Shown here piece by piece: positions 1-11,740 of a stretch of 64,000 nt of DNA. How positions within the stretch are numbered: position 1 is the first letter of the stretch; the number at the start of each line of letters is the position of its first letter. The stretch is from Leidyana gryllorum EB-2025a (lineage: Eukaryota; Protista; Apicomplexa), in the NCBI GenBank assembly GCA_048772705.1, contig JBLWGC010000213.1, positions 401,952 through 465,951 of the forward strand, in the 5' to 3' direction. The notes below the pieces were generated by a model that worked only from the letters and a program-made list of their open reading frames with translations, did not search any database and was not told the DNA's origin. Both the position numbers and the translations under genes were made by a program.

Positions 1-150
1 GAAGGGAAAGCCCTTGACTAAATCGTCATAGGCCTTTGAGATAGTTGATAAGTCGACGACAAGTACCGGAGTCTCCTGGTCATCAGCGCAAGCTTTGATC
101 TGCTTGAACACCTCAGGAGGGTAATAATCGGCAATTTTGGCGACCGACAT
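1..150 (-). CDS. Fold-type III PLP-dependent ornithine/lysine decarboxylase, bacterial-like, N-terminal part (runs off window start)
   Basis: Manual translation from ATG at 150: MSVAKIADYYPPEVFKQIKACADDQETPVLVVDLSTISKAYDDLVKGFPF. This matches the TP(F/V)xVxDL..I...Y N-terminus of Orn/DAP/Arg decarboxylase family 2 and resembles Pseudomonas-type ODC N-termini as I recall them. The catalytic YAVKAN motif would lie just outside the window. Confidence 0.75.
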   Translation of the reverse strand, partial: MSVAKIADYYPPEVFKQIKACADDQETPVLVVDLSTISKAYDDLVKGFPF

Positions 151-164
151 ATCCGAGAATCACC

Positions 165-209
165 CTAACGAGAGGGAGTGGCCACACCGCTGTGTATGAG
201 ACTACTCAC
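165..209 (-). other. Putative 45-nt spliceosomal intron in the 5' leader of the decarboxylase
   Basis: Minus strand reads GTGAGT...CGTTAG. Size matches other introns in the window; it ends 14 nt upstream of the ATG. Confidence 0.55.
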
Positions 210-421
210 CCTGCCCTCCAACTTCGGACCTTTTCCGCCTACCTCGCCACGAAAACTTTTTACTAATCTCTATTCACAGATCCTTATTGAGGGCCTAACA
301 TCGCACGGCCAGGATTTTTCAATTGAGGAAACACCCATTAGGAGATTCTAGCAGGGTTTGCTCTACACCAGAACCTCCAACCTGGAGTCGCCTTCGGATT
401 GGTCACCTCCTTGCGGAAGTG

Positions 422-2158
422 TCAGATGTCGGAGCGTACTTCCATAGTAACGGCCTCTTCGCTGTCAAAATCAATCATTGAACTATCCTTGCCATGCCCG
501 AGGCCAATTTCGATGTCTAGGGGTCATTGGGGGGAGAATAAGGAAGTGGGGTAGGAGGAGGAGAAGCGTTGGGGGGGTAAGACTTGCCGCTGACGTCCAC
601 AGCCGTTCGCGCTCTACGTTGCTGGTCGGCCACAGTGGCGGGTAGGCACAGCCCAGCACATTCTCCGGTTACGCCTCGCTGCAAAAAACATTGTCAGCAT
701 AGGATCGCGCTACGAGGAAGATGGGGGGGGAGCGATGGGACCCCCGTCGTGAATATCTCCATGCTCATGCTCGATTGGAAGGTGATCCACCGCCCCCGAC
801 ATGCCTCGTCGTACAAAGCCAAACTCTGTCTTTCATGCCAGTGGTTCCATTTCTACTTACCGCTGATAGCCATATAATCGAGTTGGACGCAACAACAGGA
901 AGTACGCCGAGTGCTAGAACTACTTGCGGAGTCATCGGTCCCGGTGTGTCAACGATATGTACTACAGCCACTGAGCTGCTGGTGACCACGAAGAAGGCCA
1001 CCAACCCCACAATGTCCCACGCGACACTTAGATAGAAGCTGCAAATCCGTCAATTGATCGAGACTGATTGCAACCCGTCTCACCGAGGTACAAGAAACAT
1101 GATAATACAGTACAACAAGTTACCACCAGCGTAAAGTTGTAATACCCAGTGACCGTGGATAGACACGGCGGCCGCCATAGTGGCCAAAGTCAGACTCAAT
1201 CCACTCAAGGTGAAGATATAGCCCAGGGGCCGGATGTTGTAGCGCACATGCGCAAGCAAGAACCATATTATCCAGGTCTGTAGATTGCCAATAGCATTAG
1301 GCAGGCAGGCATCTATCGTGTGCTCACCGCGAACAAAACAGCAAGAGTTGCATAGATGTAGGGTGTGCCGGACCACGAGTGACCGTTGCTGATGCAGCCC
1401 ATGGGGGTGGTCCAGCAGCGATTCATTGCATCAAATACGTTAGAGAAGGACTGCACGGGTTTACGGCTGAGCAGGACATTGTCTTCCGCTACGCGACGGA
1501 AGTGCCATGTGAAAGTAGTCACAATTGTCATGCCTGTGCAGAATGCGGCATCCAAGCCTGCGCGTGCGTGTGACACGAGTCCGATTGCGCACGCTGAGCT
1601 CACACACGATATGAGATAGAGGATCACTCAAAGCGGATGCAGTGAACCATTTTTCAACATTCAGGAGCCATGGCACCCATACACAACAATACATTGCCAG
1701 TAATGGTACATGGGCTGCCAAATGGAGAGCATAGGCTCCGGGAATCGCAGATAAAAGGACGGTTAACGCGCAGACCTGGGCAGTACTTTCAGTAGACGGG
1801 TCTATCCAGCACTCACGTGTAATATAATTGCACTAACAGACGTTCGAGCGTGCGCAACAGCTCGAAGACGACGATTCTCAAGACTGGGACTTAGCATCCT
1901 GGCCGGATTGGTCCCATGATACTGCCAGTTGGGGGAGTCGGCACCTGGGCGGGGCACACTAGATAAAGAAGAAGATAAACGCTTCCGCGACTGACTGCGG
2001 ATATAAGATCCCGCAGTAGTCCGCGAGTCAGGTGCCTGACTTGTAGGTTCGCTGGCAGCCGTAACCATCCCGAACGTCACGACACATTGCATAGGCGGAG
2101 GTTCATGAGAGGCTATCACCGGCTCAGTTTGAGGTCTAGGAACTTCCTCGTCGCTCAT
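422..2158 (-). CDS. Hypothetical multi-exon, multi-pass membrane protein (3' end uncertain)
   Basis: ATG at 2158 and a Ser/Pro-rich N-terminus, followed by several hydrophobic minus-strand ORF segments (1313-1627, 1080-1376, 765-1010) separated by GT..AG intron-like stretches. Confidence 0.5.
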
Positions 2159-2247
2159 GGCGAATCAATTGACACCAAAGATGCAATTAAGGATTTCGCA
2201 GAGAAGTGAGATTACAAAGATTCAATCAACATCTATGAGCCAACCCC

Positions 2248-2255
2248 TGCATGCA
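2248..2255. promoter_or_regulatory. TGCATGCA palindrome (ApiAP2-type motif) in a divergent intergenic region, 32 bp upstream of the LPMO
   Basis: Exact TGCATGCA, a known ApiAP2-bound motif in apicomplexans. It is a single copy, so chance occurrence is possible. Confidence 0.3.
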
Positions 2256-2287
2256 CCACCCCCCAAGTCTGGTCACTACGAAGTCCA

Positions 2288-3259
2288 ATGTTCTGTGGTT
2301 TCTTAAAGCTGGTGGGTGCAGTTATAGCACCCCAAATCGTTCTCGGTCACGGCACACTCTACTGGCCGACTGCTCGGAATGTAGCCAAGAGTCACACTTG
2401 TCCAACGTGTCCTAACGGGCCCTCAGTTTGCGGATCGGGGGCTGGAGGGCAATGGCTGGCAGACGACACGGAGGCCACGAAGCTGAATGGCGACTACACT
2501 ACGGCCTTGACCCAGATCCAAGCTGGTGGTACTGTAGAAATTCAAGCTTACTTTTCGGCTGCTCACTTGGGTCTCTTCGTTATTGAATTATGTTCTAATC
2601 CAGGGAACGTTATCACTGACGACTGTTTCGTACGTCTACAGCGTGATCCGACGGATACCCGCTGGGGTCCTTATGTGGCTTCTACCCCCGACGTCTTCTA
2701 CCTGCCGGATGACACCTGTACAACGTCTACCACGGCCACGAGCCCCCTGCGAGCGAGGTTCCTCATTCCCGAAAGTGCTGCGACCAGTCATGGCATCTTG
2801 AGGTGGCACTGGCAATCGGGCAATTCGTGTGATGCCCATCCCAACCAATTCCGGAACTCTTTGGCCCCTGAGCTGAGTGCATGGACATCTAATCAGAATG
2901 GGCTGACTTGTCGTGCGGCCACTAGTGGGTTGCACATGTCATGCGGTACCAACTGCCCGACGAAAGCGTGCAATGGCGAGCAGTTCCGCTCGTGTGCCGA
3001 CGTCCATGTTGTAGCACCCGGTGGTTCCATTACGACCACGCAGCCACCGACTGAGACTGTGGCGCCAGGAGGATCAACGACGATGAACGCCGCACACACT
3101 ACGACCTGTCATCATGTGAGTACCACCACACCGTGTCCTCTGCATACCACGGAGGATCATCATGGTGGACATGGTGGTGGTGATAGTTCTGACACTGACC
3201 CAACCGGGGGTTGTCATTGTCAAGCACGTCACGGTGCCCATGTATTTCACCATGCTTAA
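2288..3259 (+). CDS. Secreted lytic polysaccharide monooxygenase (AA15/AA10-like), with a Thr-rich linker and His-rich C-terminal tail
   Basis: 20-aa signal peptide ending VLG, then His1 (HGTLYWPTARN). Second brace His in AAHLGLFVIELC, followed by ILRWHWQSGNSC and EQFRSCADV with axial Phe. Many Cys; intronless. Confidence 0.85.
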   Translation: MFCGFLKLVGAVIAPQIVLGHGTLYWPTARNVAKSHTCPTCPNGPSVCGSGAGGQWLADDTEATKLNGDYTTALTQIQAGGTVEIQAYFSAAHLGLFVIELCSNPGNVITDDCFVRLQRDPTDTRWGPYVASTPDVFYLPDDTCTTSTTATSPLRARFLIPESAATSHGILRWHWQSGNSCDAHPNQFRNSLAPELSAWTSNQNGLTCRAATSGLHMSCGTNCPTKACNGEQFRSCADVHVVAPGGSITTTQPPTETVAPGGSTTMNAAHTTTCHHVSTTTPCPLHTTEDHHGGHGGGDSSDTDPTGGCHCQARHGAHVFHHA

Positions 3260-3353
3260 AAACAGAAACTACTAAGGACCACAGACAAACAGCTCAATCC
3301 TTCAGAAAAACCTCAGTCTTGGGTATAGCTGTGGACGTGACATCGACCTGCCC

Positions 3354-3611
3354 TCATCGCGCAGTGTATTGCAAAACTGGTATGGGATCAAGATATGGGC
3401 AGAAGCTGTTAATTGGGCGGCACGCTCACCTCGCTTGGTTCTCATCTTGTTCAATATACGAGCTCCACACGACCGGCATCTCACTGTGGCTGTAGTTTGT
3501 AGAGTGACTCGGTCACCACAGTCTGGAGGTGAATGATGGGTGGTATGGCTCATTCTACTCACCTGCGCATCGGTAGGCCACAACTTCTTGGTTTCGTTCA
3601 GTATCCCCCAT
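3354..3611 (-). CDS. RPB12: RNA polymerases I/II/III shared subunit RPABC4 (3 exons)
   Basis: Spliced product MGDTERNQEVVAYRCADCGDRVTLQTTATVRCRSCGARILNKMRTKRVLQYTAR* has two CxxC pairs and the typical C-terminus. Confidence 0.92.
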
Positions 3612-3633
3612 GGCTGAAACTTTTTTTTAGCGC

Positions 3634-5238
3634 TCACCGTACTGCGGGGACTGGTTCGGATGCTCTTCGTCGGCGCCATGGGCCTTTGGGAGTGAGACTG
3701 TGGATTTTGGGATCCTCAGAGGGGATGTCAAAATCTGTCCAGTCATCCTCAATGATCTCACACATTGCATTCGGATGAGTTCGGCGTCGTAATCGGCCGA
3801 ATATCTTCCACAAGATGCCTCCTCTCCGGTTTAAGTCGGAATGTGGATCTTCTTTGGGTATCATGAACACGGCATACTCTTCGCTGCCTCGGTCCGAGTT
3901 GGCCCATTCATCCTGTAAAAATGCGGCATAACTGCTCGAGGGTGAAATGGCGTTGATTTCCGACTTGAATTTGACCAAGCGGCCTTCTCGTTGGAACTCG
4001 GACGAAGTGGAGGCCCGTCTGTAATCGCCAACGAGGTGTGCCCAGTCGTGCCCAATCTGATGGGCTCCAGGGACTACGTAGGCTTCCCCAGCCCCCAGGA
4101 TGGTCTGTGCGTGGGCTGCCTCTTTCTCCTGTCTTCGTTGATCTTCGGCCTGCGCCTTGATCAGCTCCTCCCAATCTGTCGGTCTATGTACCGCGCCCAT
4201 TGATCTGCTGTCCATCGCAGTTTGAGGCGGCACCTTTCCTGTTGCTTTCCGTTTCCCGCGCAGAGGTTTTGCGGCTTTGGTGGCTGCTGTCCTCGGCGAG
4301 GGCGGTGCGGGTGCCGCGCTCTTGTTGGAGGACGTAGAGCCTCTGGGACTGGTCATACTATCTTTGGACCCACTCTTGGAACCGCTTTTGCGTGGGCTGC
4401 TGGCCGCTTTGGCGCCTTCGACTGCTGCTGAAGGGGCGGGCACATCGGGCGCTTCGGGCATGGCATAGGCAGCTGCCCACATGTCCAAGCTGGGGTCGAC
4501 GGTTCCTTTGCCACCACCCCTGGGGGAGGCGGGTGCCGGGATGCTATCATGTAATTTGACACCCCCCTCTCCCCCTCCCATGAGATCCGGGTGGAGATAG
4601 GAGGATCCCTCGCTAGCTGACGGATTGTCTAAGGCTGCTTGCATCTCTGGGGTCAGAGTTGCCCTGAACCGCTGTAATCGGGGACTAAAATGTCGTAATG
4701 CTTTAAAGTTCTCGTTATCCAAATCGCCAGCCTCCTCGTCGTCCATTTGACGCTCTTCCGGCCCGCGATCCTTGTGTAACAGCTTCCAATTCAAAATGGG
4801 GATGTGATGAGCCAAAGGTGTGACCAGACTCTTGCTGGTCTGTTTGGGTGGGGCCGCCGGTTGCACGTCCCATATCTTCTCCCCGGGACCTAAGGGGAGG
4901 TTGACTGAGGTACGTCGCTGGGGGACTGCCTCTGGCATTTTTTTCTCGTCGGTAGCGAGCACCACTGCTGGACTGCTGTGCCGTCGGGGGCTGAATTGCA
5001 GCCGATCCGGGTCAGGCGGCGTGTCACCGAGGGGCTGAGCGGTGGTTTCCGCTGCTGGGGGAGGGTTAGTAGCGGGTCCGGGTAGAGGCGGGGGGCGACG
5101 TTCATTTGTTTGGGAGGCCGCTCTCGGCGGGAGATCAATAGCTTTGACCAGCGGGTCTGCCTTGGGGGAGGAGGACACCGCCTGCGACGATTTAGACTTG
5201 GCCAAGTTTGTTAGAGATTCCTCATTGACCCCTTCCAT
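3634..5238 (-). CDS. Hypothetical low-complexity (P/S/A/K-rich) protein
   Basis: Long open frame (ORF track 3634-5505). The probable ATG is at 5238 after a T tract, because 5279-5532 is occupied by an opposite-strand spliced gene. Confidence 0.6.
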   Translation of the reverse strand: MEGVNEESLTNLAKSKSSQAVSSSPKADPLVKAIDLPPRAASQTNERRPPPLPGPATNPPPAAETTAQPLGDTPPDPDRLQFSPRRHSSPAVVLATDEKKMPEAVPQRRTSVNLPLGPGEKIWDVQPAAPPKQTSKSLVTPLAHHIPILNWKLLHKDRGPEERQMDDEEAGDLDNENFKALRHFSPRLQRFRATLTPEMQAALDNPSASEGSSYLHPDLMGGGEGGVKLHDSIPAPASPRGGGKGTVDPSLDMWAAAYAMPEAPDVPAPSAAVEGAKAASSPRKSGSKSGSKDSMTSPRGSTSSNKSAAPAPPSPRTAATKAAKPLRGKRKATGKVPPQTAMDSRSMGAVHRPTDWEELIKAQAEDQRRQEKEAAHAQTILGAGEAYVVPGAHQIGHDWAHLVGDYRRASTSSEFQREGRLVKFKSEINAISPSSSYAAFLQDEWANSDRGSEEYAVFMIPKEDPHSDLNRRGGILWKIFGRLRRRTHPNAMCEIIEDDWTDFDIPSEDPKIHSLTPKGPWRRRRASEPVPAVR

Positions 5239-5278
5239 TTGGCATAATCTCAGAAAAAGAGTGTTGCACAATTGATTA

Positions 5279-5532
5279 ATGTCAGCACATGCACCCGTGG
5301 ACCAACGCCTTTCAATGGCACACATCATTAGAACCACTCTACGGTCGCAAGTAAGACGACACCAACTGCCTCGAACCCCATTTGTACAGGTTTGGCTTTT
5401 GATACCCTTCGGTGTAGTCGTGACCTTCACATTAGGCCTCTTAACAGCAATGTGGAGAGCAGGAAAATGTGAGTCCCGAATTCTACTTTCGAAATCCTCT
5501 CCCACTCAGACGACTTTCCCCAATGGCCATAG
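5279..5532 (+). CDS. 57-aa single-transmembrane microprotein (3 exons)
   Basis: Two canonical introns (GTAAGA..ACAG and GTGAGT..TCAG) give MSAHAPVDQRLSMAHIIRTTLRSQVWLLIPFGVVVTFTLGLLTAMWRAGKYDFPQWP*. Confidence 0.65.
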
Positions 5533-5560
5533 AGGCCACAGGCGCGCTGCAACAAGTAAT

Positions 5561-6288
5561 TCACGAGTAGAAAAGCTCCTCCGCGGAGGCACATTCGAAG
5601 GTCGGGGGGTGACGACGGATGAATAAGTCTCTGCCCACAGTGGCCTCGGCGATTGCTTCAAAGTTATCTACGGTTTCGTCCCAGCTGGCTTTTAGTGTGT
5701 CTCCGTTGTCTCTGTAATCTGAACTCATAGTCAGAAGTCGGTCCACTGCCTCCGCCAAGTCTCCCCCCTCCGTACTCAAACGCGCTCCGTCAAGGAATAC
5801 CGCTACCCCGATTGTGCTCATAGCCTCCCCCAACTCCTGCTGATGGTCGTCCATCAAATGAGGATTCGATACCACCAAAAGTGGTTTCTGTGTCGACGAG
5901 TGTGTGTGAGTGTGAGTGTGTAGATCACTCACATTTTGTTGGATGGCTTCGATAACTGTCCCAGCCCCACAATGAGATATGATGATATCAGCCTCTCGCA
6001 TTAAATCTGTCATTGCGTAGGAATACTCCAGAGTCGCTCGGGAATAGCTCGACGCTTCCAACTGGGCAAAGCCATCCTCAGGACCCAAGGGTAAACTGTC
6101 GGCGATCTTTACACGGCCTCTGTCTGTATGTCGAGTCGAATCCCCGAGACATCTTCTCACCTCCCTTTCTGATAAATGACGTGGCTTACGCCCCTCTCAT
6201 CCAGGACCCTCTGTACGTCCGGATCACTGCTGATTCGTTCGATAAGCTCATCAAATTGAGTTGTTCCAACGGTCACAAGCAACCGCAT
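5561..6288 (-). CDS. ALG13: UDP-N-acetylglucosamine transferase catalytic subunit ALG13
   Basis: N-terminal exon MRLLVTVGTTQFDELI; motifs ADIIISHCGAGT and KPLLVVSNPHLMDDHQQEL. Confidence 0.9.
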
Positions 6289-6329
6289 GTGACCAAAAAA
6301 TATTAGAAAAAGTGTCTCAGCTTAGGGTC

Positions 6330-7594
<1,265 letters not shown>

Positions 7595-7699
7595 TGGTAT
7601 TGATGTAGGCAGAGAAGGGAAGGAATGCAAGACAAAAGTTTTTAGAATCCAAGCGGTGCGGCTGCTATTGGGAGAGCTGGGAACGATCCCTTTTTTGGG

Positions 7700-10199
7700 A
7701 TGTCACCAAGCGGCGCACTTCAATTTAAGGGAGACCCTTTGATACAAGAGATCGTAAACTCGTTTGGAACGGCTGGTTTCGAGAACACTGTCAAAGAGGC
7801 CTCTTGGCAAGTCAGCAACGATGTCTCCGATGCCGAGTCAAAGTTGTTGGCCCACATCGTCGAGCGTCGTGATGCCGTGATCGAGATGCAACGACATCTC
7901 GAAACTTGCTCCTCGACTCTGGACGGGTTGGGCGAGACGCTAATGACGTTCGGCGAGACTATGAGCGGCTTCATGGCCGACGTCGGTACCCTCCAACGTC
8001 AGTCTGAGACCGCGAACGGAATGGTCCAACGCCAGCGGGACCTCCAAATGATGCTCACCGCCTATATCGACCGAATCCTTGTGACTCCGACGCTGGCCAA
8101 CACCATCAAAGAGGCACCCGTTGACAATCCTGCGTACGCCAAGGCTGTGGAAGAGATGGAACGCAAGTTGTGCCATGCTGAAGAGCCAGGATTCAATGAG
8201 TACCCCAGCGGGAGAGACAGCCGCAAAGCTCTCTATGACTTGCGGTGCATCGCAATCGAGAGGTGTCGAGATGCGGTTATCAACAAAATCACTCAGACAC
8301 TCACTGGTGGTCCCAATATCAACCTGTACATAATGCAACAAGTCATCAAGAATCAGACGAAGCCGTTGTATACATTTTTGTACAATCACAGCCCGATGGC
8401 AGCGCGCCAAATTCATCAACAATATGTCAACCACGTCCAGCTGATACATTGGCGCCAGTGCCAGACGTACATTTCCCAAATGGAACGGATACCTTTGAGG
8501 ATGATCACTCGAGATTCTCTGGCTCGCCAACTCACAGAGCTCGGCTGTGTGCCTACTGCACTTCAGAGCCTTTCCAACAATGGATCAGCCACGTTGTCAG
8601 GAGTCCGTTCCGCCCCTGCCAGCAATCCAGCGGGCCCAAATCCACCATCACCGGAGCTCTTTGAGGAAATGGAACAGCTATTCAAGCGCCGACTCACCAT
8701 CATCGACGACTGGGATCAGAGTATCATCTCCCCAGCTGCCTCAACAGCCCCTGCCGAGCCGAGGTTCCCGGAGGAAGTGTTCCGATCGGTCTACAAGAAT
8801 CTGGCCGATCGCACCCTAACAGAGTGGAACTTTGTCTGCGACTACTTCTTCAGTGACGACCATAACGACTTGACGTCTGTCGAAGGTCAAAACCGCTTTG
8901 ACCAAACTGTTCCGCTCTATGGCGATAATTCACCAATGATGTTATTCGAAAACACGTGTTTGAAGTGAGTGTTGCCACTCAACTATTCACTCTCCCACAC
9001 CTTTCTGTCCAGAACACAGTTACTTTGCAAAGAGTGGCTGGAAAAGGAGTGCTTCGCCGTCCACGATGTCATAGCTTTGGCTTTGATGTGGCGGTTGATG
9101 GATGCCTACGAGTGAGAGCAGCCTTTCTTCCCTCCTTCCATTCACTTGCCTTCCTCAGACTGAATACTCCGGAAAGAGCCCGCACAGCTTTGGGAGGCCC
9201 CATCCACTCCCTTCAAGTGGCTACATGTACTCAACTCAGCCGGGTGCTCAAGGTGCTCACCGAAGCATATATTGCTACCCGTAACAGCCTGCGTAACGGA
9301 ACATATGCGACCGATCTGTATGGAGACTCATTGGATATGACCTCAATTGGCCTGAGGCCTTTCTTCATGTTCATGGGACTGGTCTATGTTCGCATTGCTG
9401 TTATCCTGTCACACGGGGGACCTGCGGTATCCCAATCGTCCATGATTATCCCACACCTTATCCGCATCAGTGCCTTGGTGCTGGACTCATGCTCGGTAAG
9501 CTCGCTCAATCAGCCCTCCATCTCAACCCATCCGTATAGCTGTGTCTGTCAACTACCGGCTCCCCGAAGAGACAGATGGACGCGAAACTCCAAACACTGC
9601 AGTGTCTGGAGACCTTTGCTCAGCAATTACAGGGTGTCAAACCCTACGCGGAAGCTCTGGACGACGATGTACAGGACTTCTTGGGACGGGTTACTGAGAA
9701 GATTGGAGCTTTGACTGAACAGATCGCCGGCGATCATCTCGATTATCTATGTACCAGCCTACGGGACGCTGTGCGGATGGTGGAGATGTGTACGGTAGAA
9801 GGACAGGCAGTCGTTCCAGAAGTCCTGAGGACAATCAGCAATCAAGTGAGTAGATGGTCTTTGGTGCTCCTTCAGCCACTTTTTTTCCAGTTGAGTCACC
9901 AGGAGAGGGACTGGAAGTACGATTTGACCAGGATTGAGCAGTGCGTGCGGGACGCGCCATCGGGTGTCTCCGTTGCTACGGCGCAATCCATACTGCAAAA
10001 TACCTATGCTGCCTACTTGCTGCAGCATACTCGGCTGTTGCGGGGCTGCGAGTCACTGACAGCTGAAAGAGGGGCCCATCCTGGCAATGAGCTTTTGATG
10101 GAAGGCTTAGAGCGCCAATTGCAAGCTTGTCCACCAGCGCACGTACTTATGGCTCATATCAAGCAAGGAGGTCGAAAAAATTTGTTTCTAGACGGGTGA
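7700..10199 (+). CDS. VPS52: GARP complex subunit Vps52-like (multi-exon)
   Basis: N-terminal coiled coil; EEVFRSVYKNLADRTLTEWNFVCDYFF matches the Vps52 E..FRS....L.D....E..F...FF pattern; DVIALALMWRL; overall size fits. Confidence 0.75.
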
Positions 10200-10232
10200 A
10201 GCAGCAAGTTCAGTACTTCTTGGGCTGTCAAG

Positions 10233-10644
10233 ATGGCGACGATGTCGAATAGAAAGCTTCAGAAGATCATGACGATCCCCATCGTAAGGATTGCGCGGTG
10301 TGTGGCGATTTACAGGTTGTAATCTTGCGTTCAGAACCAGGTCTTCCGTTTTTTCACTGCTCAAGAACCTGTAGAACTGTGGTTGGTTGACCGGTTACAA
10401 AGCCGAATTATTGGCACTATAAAGGTGAGTGGTGGCCGAGTGGCCAAACGGTGAGTGGACGCAACGTTAGGGGTTTGATGAATACATGAACATTGTATTG
10501 GACAACGCTGAGGAGGTGTGGTTGAAGAAGCCGAACGAACGAACTCCAACCGATATGTACGCCAAGCGCGAACCGTTAGGCTGCATTCTCCTAAAGGGAG
10601 ACAATATAACCTTAATGGCACCCGCCAGAGTAGAGCAGCCTTAG
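10233..10644 (+). CDS. SNRPE: Small nuclear ribonucleoprotein Sm E (3 exons)
   Basis: Spliced [23 protein letters not shown]...[16 protein letters not shown]...[14 protein letters not shown]. Not in the ORF track. Confidence 0.93.
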
Positions 10645-10704
10645 CTTTTGTGCACCAACACCTTCTTTGGTTATGTCAATGAAAATCTGATCCGAAATTA
10701 ATCA

Positions 10705-11710
10705 ATGCCTGGGAAAGCTGGTGAGCAAACATCTAGCTCACCCCACCATAGACGAGTGTTGTCGCCCAAGTTCAGCACAGAGGCTGAGCTGATCGAGTCG
10801 GACGAAGATGCTCACCCGACGGCCAGTGTGATCTCAATTGATGACCATCCCGATAGGCATACTGCCTCGCAAGACGGGCAGGAGATCGAGTACGTCGAAG
10901 TGCTGGTGCCTGAAACAGAGGAGAGGTTTGAGGAGAAAATAGTGCCGGTGGAGGTTGTCAGTGTGGTGGAAGAGATCCGCTATGTACCTCGCATTTTCGA
11001 GGTTGAGAAAGTCATCGAGATTCCGGTGATTGAGTACAAGGAAGTTTTGGTGAGTGAAGTGTTCTGTGGCTGTCCGAAGGCGCTTGGGCTCTTTTGCTGA
11101 GAATGCGTTCGAAGCTGTGCGCCTGATCTGCTCTGCTTTGCTTTGCTGTCTGATAGCCCGCCCTATTTTGCAGGTGGAACGGGTTGTGGAGGTGCCGGAA
11201 GTTGTGGAGCAGGTGGTGGTCAAGGAAATTGCGGTACCTAAGTATGTAGAGATTGACGATCCAGTGTTTATCGACCTAGAAAAGGAGATCGAAGTACGGA
11301 GGCGTATTCCAACCGCCGTAGAATCTATCCAGACGGTGGAGTTTCTGCTCCCCAAGATGAGAGTGGAATACGAAGAAGTACACGTTCCCTGCTACGTTCC
11401 AATGTTCATCGAAGTCCCAGTGCCCGTCGAGCAGATGTGCGAGGAGAGTCGGGCTGAGGCCGAGGCTATTAATCGTGAAATCGTTATGGCCACCTCTACA
11501 CAATTGCCAAGCTTGTGTGTCTTGGAGGAATTAGCGAGCCGGGTGAACAACTTCCACCCGGAACTGGCCACTGATCCCAACACTCTTATTGCCCAATGGC
11601 AGCATATTGGGAGCAGCGGTAGTCGACGTACAGTGCCCCGCCCCTGTCTTGTCGACAATCAGCCTGAGGTTTCGCATGACCCCCAACTCAAATCTGTTGA
11701 TCTAGTCTAG
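10705..11710 (+). CDS. Alveolin / inner membrane complex (IMCp) protein
   Basis: V/P/E/K-rich alveolin repeats (EKIVPVE, EKVIEIPVIEYKEV, VERVVEVPEVVE); intron 11050-11173. Confidence 0.85.
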
Positions 11711-11740
11711 GCTGACAGAAAAAACAATTATCAGTCCGAC

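Noticed and set aside
5895-5930. (TG)n-like stretch translating as HTHTHTH in the ALG13 ORF
   Set aside because: It lies within an in-frame GTGAGT..CAG intron, so it is not a His-rich insertion.
11050-11173. Unusually long (124 nt) alveolin intron as a possible C/D snoRNA host
   Set aside because: CTGA boxes are present, but there is no clear RTGATGA box C or terminal stem.
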